20,000 bases of DNA from Candidatus Aminicenantales bacterium (GCA_049512315.1 JBEKXF010000010.1:112929-132928), one strand, 5' to 3'. Shown: positions 8,965 to 17,893, counted from the first letter of the stretch. The notes: generated by a model not told the origin, from the letters alone. Numbers and translations: made by a program.

Positions 8965-11211
8965 CGTCGGTCAAATTCATGGGCTCCAATATCGGGAGCC
9001 GTCTCATAAAGAACACGCTTGCCACTAGAATTACTGAAGAGCCAAATCTTAGCGTTGTCGGCCCAGGTCATCGGCGAGGCCAATGTGATCGCGTTCGTGT
9101 CATAGTTGATGGACGAAATTTGGACGACGTTCCCAACCGTCCCTATCGCTATCCAGTCTGGGAACAGCGTCACGCCACGGGCCAAGTTCGACCCCCAAGT
9201 TCCATCCTGAAAGAACATGGCGTTAGCCACGGTCAAGGAAACGGCGCTTGAGCCGGAACTAACTGCGACGGTCAGATTGGTTCCCGCATTTATGCAGGGA
9301 GAGCCGCTTTGGAGAGTGAAATTGGGAGCCGTCAAACTGAACGGGTCGGTCAAGGTCGTGTTAACGAAAAGCGGGTCGCCTCTCGCCGGCAAGAAGTTGT
9401 TGGCTATCGTATTCACCGTGGGGTCCATGTCAATGTCGTAGTGCCCGCGGATAGAGTTTATGATGTTGTTGATTACTACGTTTCCAATGCGCACATAAAG
9501 AGCTGCGTTCCAGGGCGCGAAAATCCCATCTCCCTGCCAGTTGCCATACGGCGGGATGGAGTTGTCGTAGCGACCGGCATTGTAAATCGTGTTGTTGTAG
9601 AAGGTGTTGTAGTCCCCCCAAAGGCTATTGGGCCGAGTTGCCCCCTGCTTAAATAGGACCGCGTTGTTTGGCGGGTTGAACATATCGTTGTAGCGGATGA
9701 TGTTTCCAGGAGCGGCGATCCCCATGCACTCACCTCCGGGGGTCTCTCCCGCTGTGCCGGGATTTCCGAGGCGGTTATTTTCTACGAGTATATACATCCG
9801 GTCGTAGGCCCCAGTCCAACTCTCTATAATGAAGTCACGATGACCCCACAGATTCGGAGCGGCGGCCGGCGGAACGGTGTCGGGCAGATAAGACGCGGGC
9901 GTGTGGCCGGAATTGTTGGTCAACCACCCTTCGTTGTGCATGAAGTTGTTTTTGATGACGCTGTAGAGGCCGCAAAACTCAAGGTTGGCATGACCGTTGT
10001 GATGGAAGTCACAATCCTCAATCGTGGTATAGTTGCATCCGTCCTCGAACTGTGGCCCGACAGTTTGGTCAACTAAATCGTTGCTTCCATAATACATAGA
10101 CCCGATGTTGTGAAACGTGCAGTTGTGTATCCAGTTGTGAAAGCAGGGGCGTGTATTTGAGGCGCTTCTCCATGTAACGCGCCCACCGCCGTTCCCGTCG
10201 ATGTCCATGTTTTTGAACTCGTTATAGTTGCAATCGTACCAGACCGCCAGGACCATCACGTTGTCGCCGTTTGCGCTAGGCCCGGTATAATCGGCCTTGA
10301 TGTTGATTCCGTCGAAAACTTGCCAACTTATCGCCCACAGCAGAACGTTGTAATAATAGTAACCGTCAAAGCCGGTGTTAACACTGATGAGGACGTATTC
10401 GCCGTTGTAGTTTCTCCATGTTATTTTTGCCCCAGATGTGCCGGAATGTGAGGGAACAAGGGGAGTGCGATATGTGCCGGCCCGCAGAATCACCGTGTCC
10501 CCGGCCGAGGCGTTAGCGTTTGCTGTAGATAGAGAGCAACAGGAGGCTCCAGAAAGGGGGGTTGCGCTTTTAGCATTTGCCCAAGTTGCCGCCCCAGTGA
10601 GACCCGTAGGCATTGCTCGCGACCAGGGCCACGTTATAGTGCCCGGAGTTAGAGAAAACATGGCTTGGATTGCGGTCGCTGCTCGTCGACCCGTCATTGA
10701 AGTTCCATTGCCAGGAGGTAGGAGAGCCCGTCGACGTGTCTGTGAACTGCACTGGCTGACCGGCCGAGGGTGAGGTTGGGCTATGGGCGAAGGAGGATGC
10801 TAATGTGGGCGCGGACGTTGCCGCCGACACGTTAAGCGTGCGGCTTTCTCTTTCGGGACCGGAGATGGTTCCGGTGACCAAAGTCACTGTATATAACCCC
10901 GCGTCCTTGTAGGAGTGGCTCGCGTTTCGGGCGGTCGACGTCGTCCCGTCGCCGAAATCCCACTCCCCGTATGTCGCCTGGGCTTTAAGACTATCGGTAA
11001 ACTGAACCGCCTTCCCGGCCTCTGGATAATTAGGCCGGTACGTGAAAGAGGGTTGATTCTGGTCGCCCCTCTTAAGAAGGATGTTTGAGGAACCGATGGA
11101 TCTGATTTGCGCGAGGGCCAAAATAGATACCATCGAGAGGAATACAGAAATGAGCAGCCAAAACGAAAAACATTTTAAGGGGTTGCGCGACCGGGTCGAG
11201 CATTCTTTCAT
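8961..11211 (-). pseudogene. Secreted PKD-domain + right-handed beta-helix protein, split by a deletion/frameshift near 10599
   Basis: ATG 11211 (GAGGAAGGAAG RBS) gives a signal peptide and 2 PKD domains (WDFGDG, WNFNDG) and stops at 10570. The beta-helix part (AGDTVILRAGTY, Asn-rich repeats, FTLQSGSPCINAG, PDIGAHEF) is in another frame to 8961. The paralog at 18522 shows the two parts fused in one frame. Confidence 0.8.
10521..10598. repeat. 78-bp exact inverted repeat, copy 1 (partner 19923-20000, which runs off the window)
   Basis: The reverse complement of 10521-10598 matches 19923-20000 base for base (ACTGGGGCGGCAACTTGG...CTATCTACAGCA). Confidence 0.95.
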
Positions 11212-11261
11212 ACTTCCTTCCTCACTCCCCGAGTTAGATTGCTCCTCTGTTTCTGCGCTGG

Positions 11262-12162
11262 TGGTCATGACCCCCATTTTTCGAACCACTTAGAGGGCTA
11301 ATTTCCGTTAACATATCAGCCGGGTCTTTTGCCCTTCTCTTTGAGATATCGAATCGGCGATTGGTTCTCAAGCGCCGAGTGTCGACGAACGTGATTATAA
11401 TACCGGATCCGCTGATCGACAACTTTTTTCAACGAGGGGAGATCTTCCTGTTCCCAAAACAACAGCCGATTCTCGGCTTTGAATCGGGAATTAAACGACT
11501 CCATGTGGACGTTTCCTTTGGCGCCATTCTCCGAATAGGAAACGCGCACTTTATCCAGGACAGCAAGTTCATGGAGCCAGCCATGGCCTAAATAGACACC
11601 ATCCTGATCATGATGAACGATCAGCCCTTCCGTTTTCCGTCCGTATCTTCGAAGCGTCGTCTTCGCCTTGCGCCAGGCGTCCAGGGCCAACTCCGTATTA
11701 TCCGCCTCCCCGAAAGCATGGCCCACGACAAGCTTGCTCGAATGATCTACCAACGGCATCAGCTGGGCTTTCGCCCGGCCTCTCCGGCAAAGGATCTCCG
11801 TAAAATCCGTATAGACGACCTCAAAATCATCGATTTCGCTCAGGCCGGCCACGAGATTGATCTTTGACCCGGTTTCTTTGAGGAGCTTGGTCATGGAGCT
11901 TGCTTTCGGCTTCCTCACCCGTCGAATCACGGCCAGATCCCAGGCTCCGTGCAGCCGGGCCACGACTTTCCGATTGACGTGGATCCCTCGATCCCGGAGT
12001 TCGGCATTCCTCCTCCGGTACCCGTATTCCGGATATGTTCTGGCAATCTCGAGCAACGGTTTCCTCAGAGCCTCCTTCAAAGGCTTTCACCCGGCTGATG
12101 ATGTCCATTATAACACCCTTATTTTAGCACTCCGGGTGGTTCAAATTTTGGGGGTCAGTCCG
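11262..12162 (-). mobile_element. IS3-family insertion sequence, internally deleted (no orfA), about 0.9 kb
   Basis: Imperfect terminal IRs: TGGTCATGACCCCCATTTTTCGAACCAC (from 11262) and, on the - strand, CGGACTGACCCCCAAAATTTGAACCAC (from 12162). They enclose a DDE transposase. No target-site duplication is evident. Confidence 0.85.
11316..12080 (-). CDS. IS3-family OrfB DDE transposase (rve core), N-terminally incomplete
   Basis: PEYGYRR, VNRKVVARL, YTDFTE, IVHHDQDG, NVHMESFNSRFKAE and YYNHVRRHSAL. Confidence 0.88.
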   Translation of the reverse strand: MKEALRKPLLEIARTYPEYGYRRRNAELRDRGIHVNRKVVARLHGAWDLAVIRRVRKPKASSMTKLLKETGSKINLVAGLSEIDDFEVVYTDFTEILCRRGRAKAQLMPLVDHSSKLVVGHAFGEADNTELALDAWRKAKTTLRRYGRKTEGLIVHHDQDGVYLGHGWLHELAVLDKVRVSYSENGAKGNVHMESFNSRFKAENRLLFWEQEDLPSLKKVVDQRIRYYNHVRRHSALENQSPIRYLKEKGKRPG

Positions 12163-12835
12163 GGGAACCCATTATCCAGGGCTCATGCGCTTTCCGGACG
12201 AGGACTGCAGGAAGACGATTTTCGCGTTGGCGAACGAGGCTTTGGAAGATGTGCCGGACTTTCCCGTCGGCATCAAAATCGACCACCTCCTCCGCGTCTT
12301 TCAAACGTGCAGCTCGGGCCTGATTTTCAAGAATCCCCGCTATCTTCCATTCGCGACAAGGCGAATGACCGGTACCGTATACAGCCTGCCGCCGATTTAT
12401 AAGCGGGGCGGCAAGCTCACGAAGGCCTGCACGGAGGTTCTGTTCCCCGAGCTGGCTTTCATAAAGACCCAGAAAGGCGGCCCGACGGTCAGGAAAACGC
12501 TGCTCAGGACCCATTTGTTCATGCCCGAATACCTGGCCACGGTAAAATCCATCGCCAGCGGCGCCCCAAGTAGGCTTTTAAAAGTGACGGAATCCAACAA
12601 GTCCGGGTTCAAGTGGAATACCAATGCGCCGGCCATCATTACGCTTCTCAACAGGCCGCCGTACGCCGACTGGTTCGCGTCATCGAAATCCATGATCACC
12701 GGACATTTATACGATGGCGGGGTCGTCGATTCGCTCATCGCCGACGCCAAGGGGGGCTCGAGCCGATACGCCCCGATCCTCGGCAGGATTTTCAATCAGG
12801 AATTGGCCTGTCGTTGGGTGTATCGCGAGAGATAG
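12163..12835 (+). pseudogene. C-terminal fragment of an asparagine-synthase-like protein, 5'-truncated at the IS end
   Basis: The frame is open back to the IS boundary and ATG 12185 has no clear RBS. LPFATRRMTGTVYSLPPIYKRGGKLTKACTEVLFPELAFIKT resembles the PFxD..SLP..K..L.PEL..I segment of Asn-synthase C-domains. Confidence 0.55.
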
Positions 12836-12846
12836 GCCGTAATTTT

Positions 12847-13779
12847 TCAGCGGCTGCGTCTTTTTTCCTTGGGCAATAAAGGCAGGGTGGCCAGCAGCCG
12901 AAAGGGGTTGAAGGGGTAGCCCAATTTTCGCAACGAGTCGAAATGGTAGCGCCAATACTCCCAGTTCCTTCTGAACTTAACCAGGTCTCTAGCCATCATC
13001 AAGTAATAATGCCGGAGATGCTTGCGGACGCAACGCTCGTATTCCGCGTCGGTCAAGAAGGCAGACCCGTGATTCCTCAGGATCCATAAAAACGAGGGGT
13101 AGCCGACCCTTAGGTAATGACTCTTGGGCGTCTGCGCATCACTGGGCCTGCGCGTGAAGGTCAGAACCTCATGAATGAACCCAAAATCGCCTTCCCTCAG
13201 GATCTTTAGGCACGCCTCCACATCGGCATACATATTGGAAGGATTAAAGAACGGAGGATGGGACCGGACCGGCTCGGCCCGGAGAAAATAGGACGTGGGT
13301 GAGCCGAAGGGGTCGGGCCACTCATCAAAAAAGAACCCTCTCGCGATATCCCGGCCGGAGAATACGGACTTCGAGGGCGGCAGGACTTTCAATCCGACCC
13401 GGTCATTGTCGATCCTGTAGGCGCTGGCCAGCGTGATGGTCGGGTGTTCCTCCCCGAGTTTCACGAACTTTTCGAGGCATTCCGGATAGATCCAGTCGTC
13501 GGCCTGGACCACTTTACAATACTCGGCCGAAGGACTCATCTCGGAGAAGGCGATATTGTGGTTTTCGATGATGCCGACGAAGGAGGTGTTGTTCACGATA
13601 CGGATGCGCCGGTCTTGGGCGGCATACTCCTCCACAATGGCCAGGGTCCCGTCCCGGCTGCGGTTATTGACAATGATGTATTCCCAATCCTGATAGGTTT
13701 GTTTGAGGACGCTTTCGATGCAGGCGCGGAGGTGCGCTTCTCCATCGAACACAGGCGTAAGGACACTTACTAACGGCAT
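12847..13779 (-). CDS. Glycosyltransferase family 2
   Basis: LVSVLTPVFDGE, CIESVLKQTYQDWEYIIVNNRSRDGT and KVVQADDW. Confidence 0.93.
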   Translation of the reverse strand: MPLVSVLTPVFDGEAHLRACIESVLKQTYQDWEYIIVNNRSRDGTLAIVEEYAAQDRRIRIVNNTSFVGIIENHNIAFSEMSPSAEYCKVVQADDWIYPECLEKFVKLGEEHPTITLASAYRIDNDRVGLKVLPPSKSVFSGRDIARGFFFDEWPDPFGSPTSYFLRAEPVRSHPPFFNPSNMYADVEACLKILREGDFGFIHEVLTFTRRPSDAQTPKSHYLRVGYPSFLWILRNHGSAFLTDAEYERCVRKHLRHYYLMMARDLVKFRRNWEYWRYHFDSLRKLGYPFNPFRLLATLPLLPKEKRRSR

Positions 13780-13807
13780 ATTTGGACCTTCCTCCCATCA
13801 AGGGTTG

Positions 13808-13889
13808 ACTATATAACCCGCTTGCAATTCCTGTCAAGAATATTCCTCGGTCCAGCGTCTTGACATTTTTCGCTGCCCCAATATATTAT
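13808..13889. promoter_or_regulatory. Back-to-back divergent sigma70 promoters
   Basis: - strand: TTGACA (13837-13832)-N18-TATAGT (13813-13808). + strand: TTGACA (13860-13865)-N18-TATTAT (13884-13889). The two -35 boxes form the IR TGTCAAGA...TCTTGACA. Confidence 0.65.
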
Positions 13890-13979
13890 TCTCTAGAAAC
13901 AAGGGTGGCGAAACCAGGTCAGTCGCAGGTCGATCATCCAATGATTGACCGCAAGGGGGGAGGAGGAGGTAGAGGCGTC

Positions 13980-15116
13980 ATGCGAATTGGAATAATCGGA
14001 ACCTCCCGCAAGGAAAACGAGCGCCGCGTGCCTATTTATCCCGAGCATCTGGCCCTTTATCCGGAGACCCTGCGAAAGAAAATGATTTTCGAAACGGGTT
14101 ACGGCCTGAATTACGGGTTAGAAGATGAATATTTTACGAGCTACGGTTCGGCCGTAGGCGAGAGGGACTCTCTGCTCGCCGAATGCGATCTGGTGCTCCT
14201 CCCGAAGCCGCTCCCTGCGGACCTCGCCTTAATGAAACCCCATCAAGTGCTCTTCGGTTGGTCTCATTCCGTCCAGCAGAAGACCATTGCGCAGCTGGCG
14301 ATCGATCGACGCCTTACCGTCATCTCCTGGGAGGCCATGAATCACTGGAGCCCGGGCGGCGAGAAGCTGGTTCACGTCTTCTACAAGAACAACGAGATCG
14401 CCGGTTACGCCGCTGTGCTGCATTGCCTTCAGCTCGTGGGCATCGACGGTCATTATGGACCGACAAGGAAGGTCATCGTCCTGAGTTACGGGTCGGTTAG
14501 TCGCGGGGCGATATACGCCCTGCAAGGCCACGGCTTCAAGGACATCCGTGTCTATACCCAGCGGCCTCCCTACCTCGTGGCAGACCAAAATCCCGACGTC
14601 CGTCACGGTCAGTATTATTATTCGGACGGCGGCGAGCTCATGGCCAGGAACTCGGACGGCAAGGAATTCCCCCTGATAGAGGAGTTGGGATACGGGGATA
14701 TCATCTGCAACGGAATCCTTCAGGATACGAATAAGCCGATCGTTTTTGTCAAGGACGATGAAGTCGGGAAGCTGAAGCCGAGGTCCGTGATCATCGACAT
14801 CAGCTGTGACGAAGGGATGGGATTTTCGTTCGCGCGCCCGACGACGTTTAAGGACCCGGTTTTTGAGGTGGGGAAGAAAATCACGTATTATTCCGTGGAC
14901 CATACGCCGTCCTATCTCTGGAGCGCGGCTTCGAGAGAGATCTCGATCGCCCTGCTCCCCTACATGGAGATCATCGAAGCGGGAGAACGCGCATGGGAGC
15001 GGGAGAAGACGATCGCGCGGGCGATCGATATTCGCGATGGTGTCGTGCAAAATCCCAACCTCCTTTCTTTTCAACGGCGAAAAAAAGAATATCCCCACGA
15101 AATCGAAGAGCCTTAA
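13980..15116 (+). CDS. ceo: N5-(carboxyethyl)ornithine synthase-like protein (AlaDH/PNT superfamily, opine-forming reductive condensation)
   Basis: GIIGTSRKENERRVPIYPEH, FETGYG, GWSHSVQ, HVFYKNNEIAGYAAV, SYGSVSRGA, IIDISCD and YSVDHTPSYLW; ATG 13980 follows a GGAGG-rich RBS. Confidence 0.8.
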   Translation: MRIGIIGTSRKENERRVPIYPEHLALYPETLRKKMIFETGYGLNYGLEDEYFTSYGSAVGERDSLLAECDLVLLPKPLPADLALMKPHQVLFGWSHSVQQKTIAQLAIDRRLTVISWEAMNHWSPGGEKLVHVFYKNNEIAGYAAVLHCLQLVGIDGHYGPTRKVIVLSYGSVSRGAIYALQGHGFKDIRVYTQRPPYLVADQNPDVRHGQYYYSDGGELMARNSDGKEFPLIEELGYGDIICNGILQDTNKPIVFVKDDEVGKLKPRSVIIDISCDEGMGFSFARPTTFKDPVFEVGKKITYYSVDHTPSYLWSAASREISIALLPYMEIIEAGERAWEREKTIARAIDIRDGVVQNPNLLSFQRRKKEYPHEIEEP

Positions 15117-15119
15117 AGA

Positions 15120-16055
15120 GTGGCTGAATCCAGATTCGCCGAGATAAAAAGAATCCTGGCCAGACCTTTCTTGACAAGAATCTCCGACAAAATGGAGATT
15201 CTACGAAATCGTTTCTTGTTGGGCCTATCGCCGTTGTTGTTCATGAGATACCGCTACCTCAAAGAGGCGCGCAAGTGGTATGATCATAAGAATCCCAGAA
15301 CTTTTGACGAGAAACTCCTCTGGCTGAACCTCTACTGGCGGCATCCGCTCAAAGCAAGGTGTGCGGACAAGTATGCCGTGCGCTCGTATGTCGAAGAGCA
15401 TGGGATGGGTCATCTTCTAACGGAATTGCTGGGCATGTATGCGAACAGCAGCGAGATCGACTTCAGCAGACTCCCGGATCGATTCGTCCTCAAGTGCACT
15501 CACGGCTGCGGGTTCAACGTTTTCTGTACGGACAAAAGCAGACTGGACGTTGAAGAAACGAGGCGAAAATTGAACGCCTGGATGAAGCTCGATATCAGCA
15601 AGTTTACGGGCGAGATGCATTATGTTTCGATAAAGCCGAGGATCATATGCGAAGCCTACTTGGAGGGCCTGCCCGGCAAGCCGATCAACGATTACAAGGT
15701 GTATTGTTTCCACGGAAAAGCGCATTGCACGATGGCTTGCACGGACCGGACCGAAAAGGGCGCAAAATACGATTTCTATGATCGCGAGTGGAAAAACAAG
15801 CTGCGCTACAGCAAGTCGAGCCTATTGGTCGATCGGACTATTCCCAAGCCCGAGGCCTACGAGGAAATCATCCAGGCCGCCGAGGCCCTCTCGAAACCCT
15901 TCCCGTTCGTCCGCATGGACTTCTATAGCATCAATGGCAAGGCCGTCTTCGGAGAAATGACATTTACCCCGCATGGATGCATCGATACATTAATGACAGA
16001 TTTGGCCCAGGATGTCATGGGCGATCTGCTGAAGCTGCCAAAAAAACGTCTGTGA
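15120..16055 (+). CDS. TupA-like ATP-grasp amidoligase
   Basis: NPRTFDEKLLWL, CADKYAVRSYV, FVLKCTHGCG, PRIICEAYL, DYKVYCFHG, FVRMDFY and FGEMTFTP. Start is GTG 15120 or ATG 15192. Confidence 0.9.
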   Translation: MAESRFAEIKRILARPFLTRISDKMEILRNRFLLGLSPLLFMRYRYLKEARKWYDHKNPRTFDEKLLWLNLYWRHPLKARCADKYAVRSYVEEHGMGHLLTELLGMYANSSEIDFSRLPDRFVLKCTHGCGFNVFCTDKSRLDVEETRRKLNAWMKLDISKFTGEMHYVSIKPRIICEAYLEGLPGKPINDYKVYCFHGKAHCTMACTDRTEKGAKYDFYDREWKNKLRYSKSSLLVDRTIPKPEAYEEIIQAAEALSKPFPFVRMDFYSINGKAVFGEMTFTPHGCIDTLMTDLAQDVMGDLLKLPKKRL

Positions 16056-16062
16056 TAACCGG

Positions 16063-16689
16063 CTACCAGTTAAAGATCACGGCCTCGGAAAGCTTGACAA
16101 TATTCTCGTCCACCAGGCGCCGGCCGGAGAACCGGAAACGGCAAAGCTCGAGATTGGCCGGATAGCGTGCCAGGGATTCGATACAGTTCAAGCCCCTGAG
16201 CACCCCATGGAACATCTGCAGAAAGACGCCGTGGGATACGACCAGGATATTAGAGCCGAAATATTCCTTGAACAGAAACCCCCGGAATTTCCTGGCCCGT
16301 TCCCAAACCTCCTCGAACGGCTCGCCCCCCTTCGGGTTGACCGTATGCAGGTCGCTCCCGACGGTGATCATGAGGATTGGAGGCTGAAGGTTTTGGATAT
16401 CGTCCCAGGTCAGGCCCTCCATCACTCCGAACTTGCGCTCGTTACACAGCTTGTTCCGGACGATCGTTACCCTGTCGCCGGCGAGAATCTGGGCAGTTTC
16501 AAAGGCCCGTTTTTGCATCGATGTGACGACGACATCGAATTTCGCCTGGGCGAGCTTTGCGGCGGCTTTCCGGGCATCTCGGATCCCGGCCTCGCTGAGC
16601 GAGATATCCAATGTTCCGGCGTACCGCTTTTCGGCGTTGTATTGCGTGTGAGCGTGCCTTAACGTGCTGATTGTCGTTTGGACGGGCAC
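16063..16689 (-). CDS. Histidine phosphatase / phosphoglycerate-mutase family protein
   Basis: LRHAHT (RHG variant), TSMQKRAFETA, NERKFGVMEG, GGEPF and VVSHG. Confidence 0.88.
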   Translation of the reverse strand: MPVQTTISTLRHAHTQYNAEKRYAGTLDISLSEAGIRDARKAAAKLAQAKFDVVVTSMQKRAFETAQILAGDRVTIVRNKLCNERKFGVMEGLTWDDIQNLQPPILMITVGSDLHTVNPKGGEPFEEVWERARKFRGFLFKEYFGSNILVVSHGVFLQMFHGVLRGLNCIESLARYPANLELCRFRFSGRRLVDENIVKLSEAVIFNW

Positions 16690-16695
16690 GATCGC

Positions 16696-17868
16696 TTACT
16701 CCGTGAGCCTGAAGATCTCATTCAACCGCACGACCGACGAGTAATCCGTCTGGAGCGGGCCGATCTTGATGTACTTCACGTCGTACATGCAGGTCAGCGT
16801 GGAGAGGAAGGTCTCTTCCGTGCTGATGGACCGGTGAGAGGTGATGGCGATCTGGCCCGTGCGCTGGGCGGACTCGACCGCCCGCCGCACCGCGGTGACG
16901 GTTCCGGCCTGATTGGGCTTGATCACGGCACCGTGCGTGCATTGTTTTTCCGCGCCGGCCTCGATCCTCCCGGCATCGGATGAGTAGAAGTTGTCGCCGA
17001 TCGTGTAGCACGCCTGTTGTGAGGTCGTCAGACGCCTCCAGCTCTCCGGATCCTGCTCGCGGAACGGGTCCTCGAGGAAGCGAAGGCCGTATTGCCGGAT
17101 GATGTCCATCCAATATTCGTGGAATTGCTCGCTCGTCCGCAATGAGCCGTCCGTGATGGGCAGATGATATCCCTTTTCGGTCCACAGATCCCCGGCGGAA
17201 GCGTCGATCATCAGGTCGTACTGGTCCGCTAGCCCCAGGCCATCCCGGATCTTCAGAAGAAAATCGATGCATTCCCGGTTGTCGGCTGTGGCGAAGCGGT
17301 TCACCGAGTTGCCCGAGACAACTGTTTTTGTCTGGCCGCGGAGCTTCTCTTTGACCGCCTTCTGGATCTCATTGTGATCCCCGATCACTTCCTCGGGATC
17401 ATTGCTCCTGGCGACGAGGATATATTCATGAAAGTCGCTCAACACCGGGTTCGTGTAGGCGTGCCAGCCTCCGTTCAGGATGTTCAGGCAGAGGCATGGA
17501 GGTGCCAGCCTGGTTTTCGGTTTGCCGAAGAGCTCAAAAAGGGACCGGGTTTTTCTTGTCGCGTTAAAAAAAGCTAGGGAAAGGCTGAACGCGTTGTTGC
17601 GGCCGATTAAAGGGATCTCACGCTGTAGGCCATCATCGAACGTCTCCTGGTCAATCTCCTTTCCAACGCATCCGACCTCTTCCAGCTTCCTGATGATCGT
17701 ATCGGGGCTGATAGTGATCTTCTTGTCTTCGTAAATGCTGATGGTCTCGCCTTGCGGCGAACCGCCGATGCCGATGGCCCCATCCGTGAACTCGACAGTG
17801 AATTCATTCGTGAATTCGACGTGGGAATTGAGGATCTTCCTGCAGGAGATCGATTGAATGATTGCCAT
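16696..17868 (-). CDS. Divergent enolase-like protein (390 aa)
   Basis: NILNGGWHA, FLEDPF, IGDN, IKPNQAGT, SHRS and YIKIG match enolase, but the SGAST and GDEGG motifs are absent. GGGAGG RBS precedes the ATG. Confidence 0.85.
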   Translation of the reverse strand: MAIIQSISCRKILNSHVEFTNEFTVEFTDGAIGIGGSPQGETISIYEDKKITISPDTIIRKLEEVGCVGKEIDQETFDDGLQREIPLIGRNNAFSLSLAFFNATRKTRSLFELFGKPKTRLAPPCLCLNILNGGWHAYTNPVLSDFHEYILVARSNDPEEVIGDHNEIQKAVKEKLRGQTKTVVSGNSVNRFATADNRECIDFLLKIRDGLGLADQYDLMIDASAGDLWTEKGYHLPITDGSLRTSEQFHEYWMDIIRQYGLRFLEDPFREQDPESWRRLTTSQQACYTIGDNFYSSDAGRIEAGAEKQCTHGAVIKPNQAGTVTAVRRAVESAQRTGQIAITSHRSISTEETFLSTLTCMYDVKYIKIGPLQTDYSSVVRLNEIFRLTE

Positions 17869-17893
17869 CGGATCCTCCCTATCTTCGGTTCCC

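Noticed and set aside
10556..10561. G6/C6 run as a slippage site explaining the PKD frameshift
   Set aside because: The run is identical in the intact paralog; the frame break is at about 10599 and involves roughly 68 missing nt.
11827..12108. 93-aa ORF as IS3 orfA
   Set aside because: No HTH or leucine-zipper character; it is mostly an alternative frame over the OrfB sequence.
14229..15098. 289-aa antisense ORF (and similar shadow ORFs such as 16718-17272, 11857-12402 and 12397-12795)
   Set aside because: They are opposite-strand or alternative-frame shadows of recognisable genes and show no family motifs.
16063..17868. Calling the pair housekeeping eno and gpmA
   Set aside because: Key enolase motifs are missing, and the phosphatase lacks dPGM-specific signatures such as RHGESxWN and LNERHYG.
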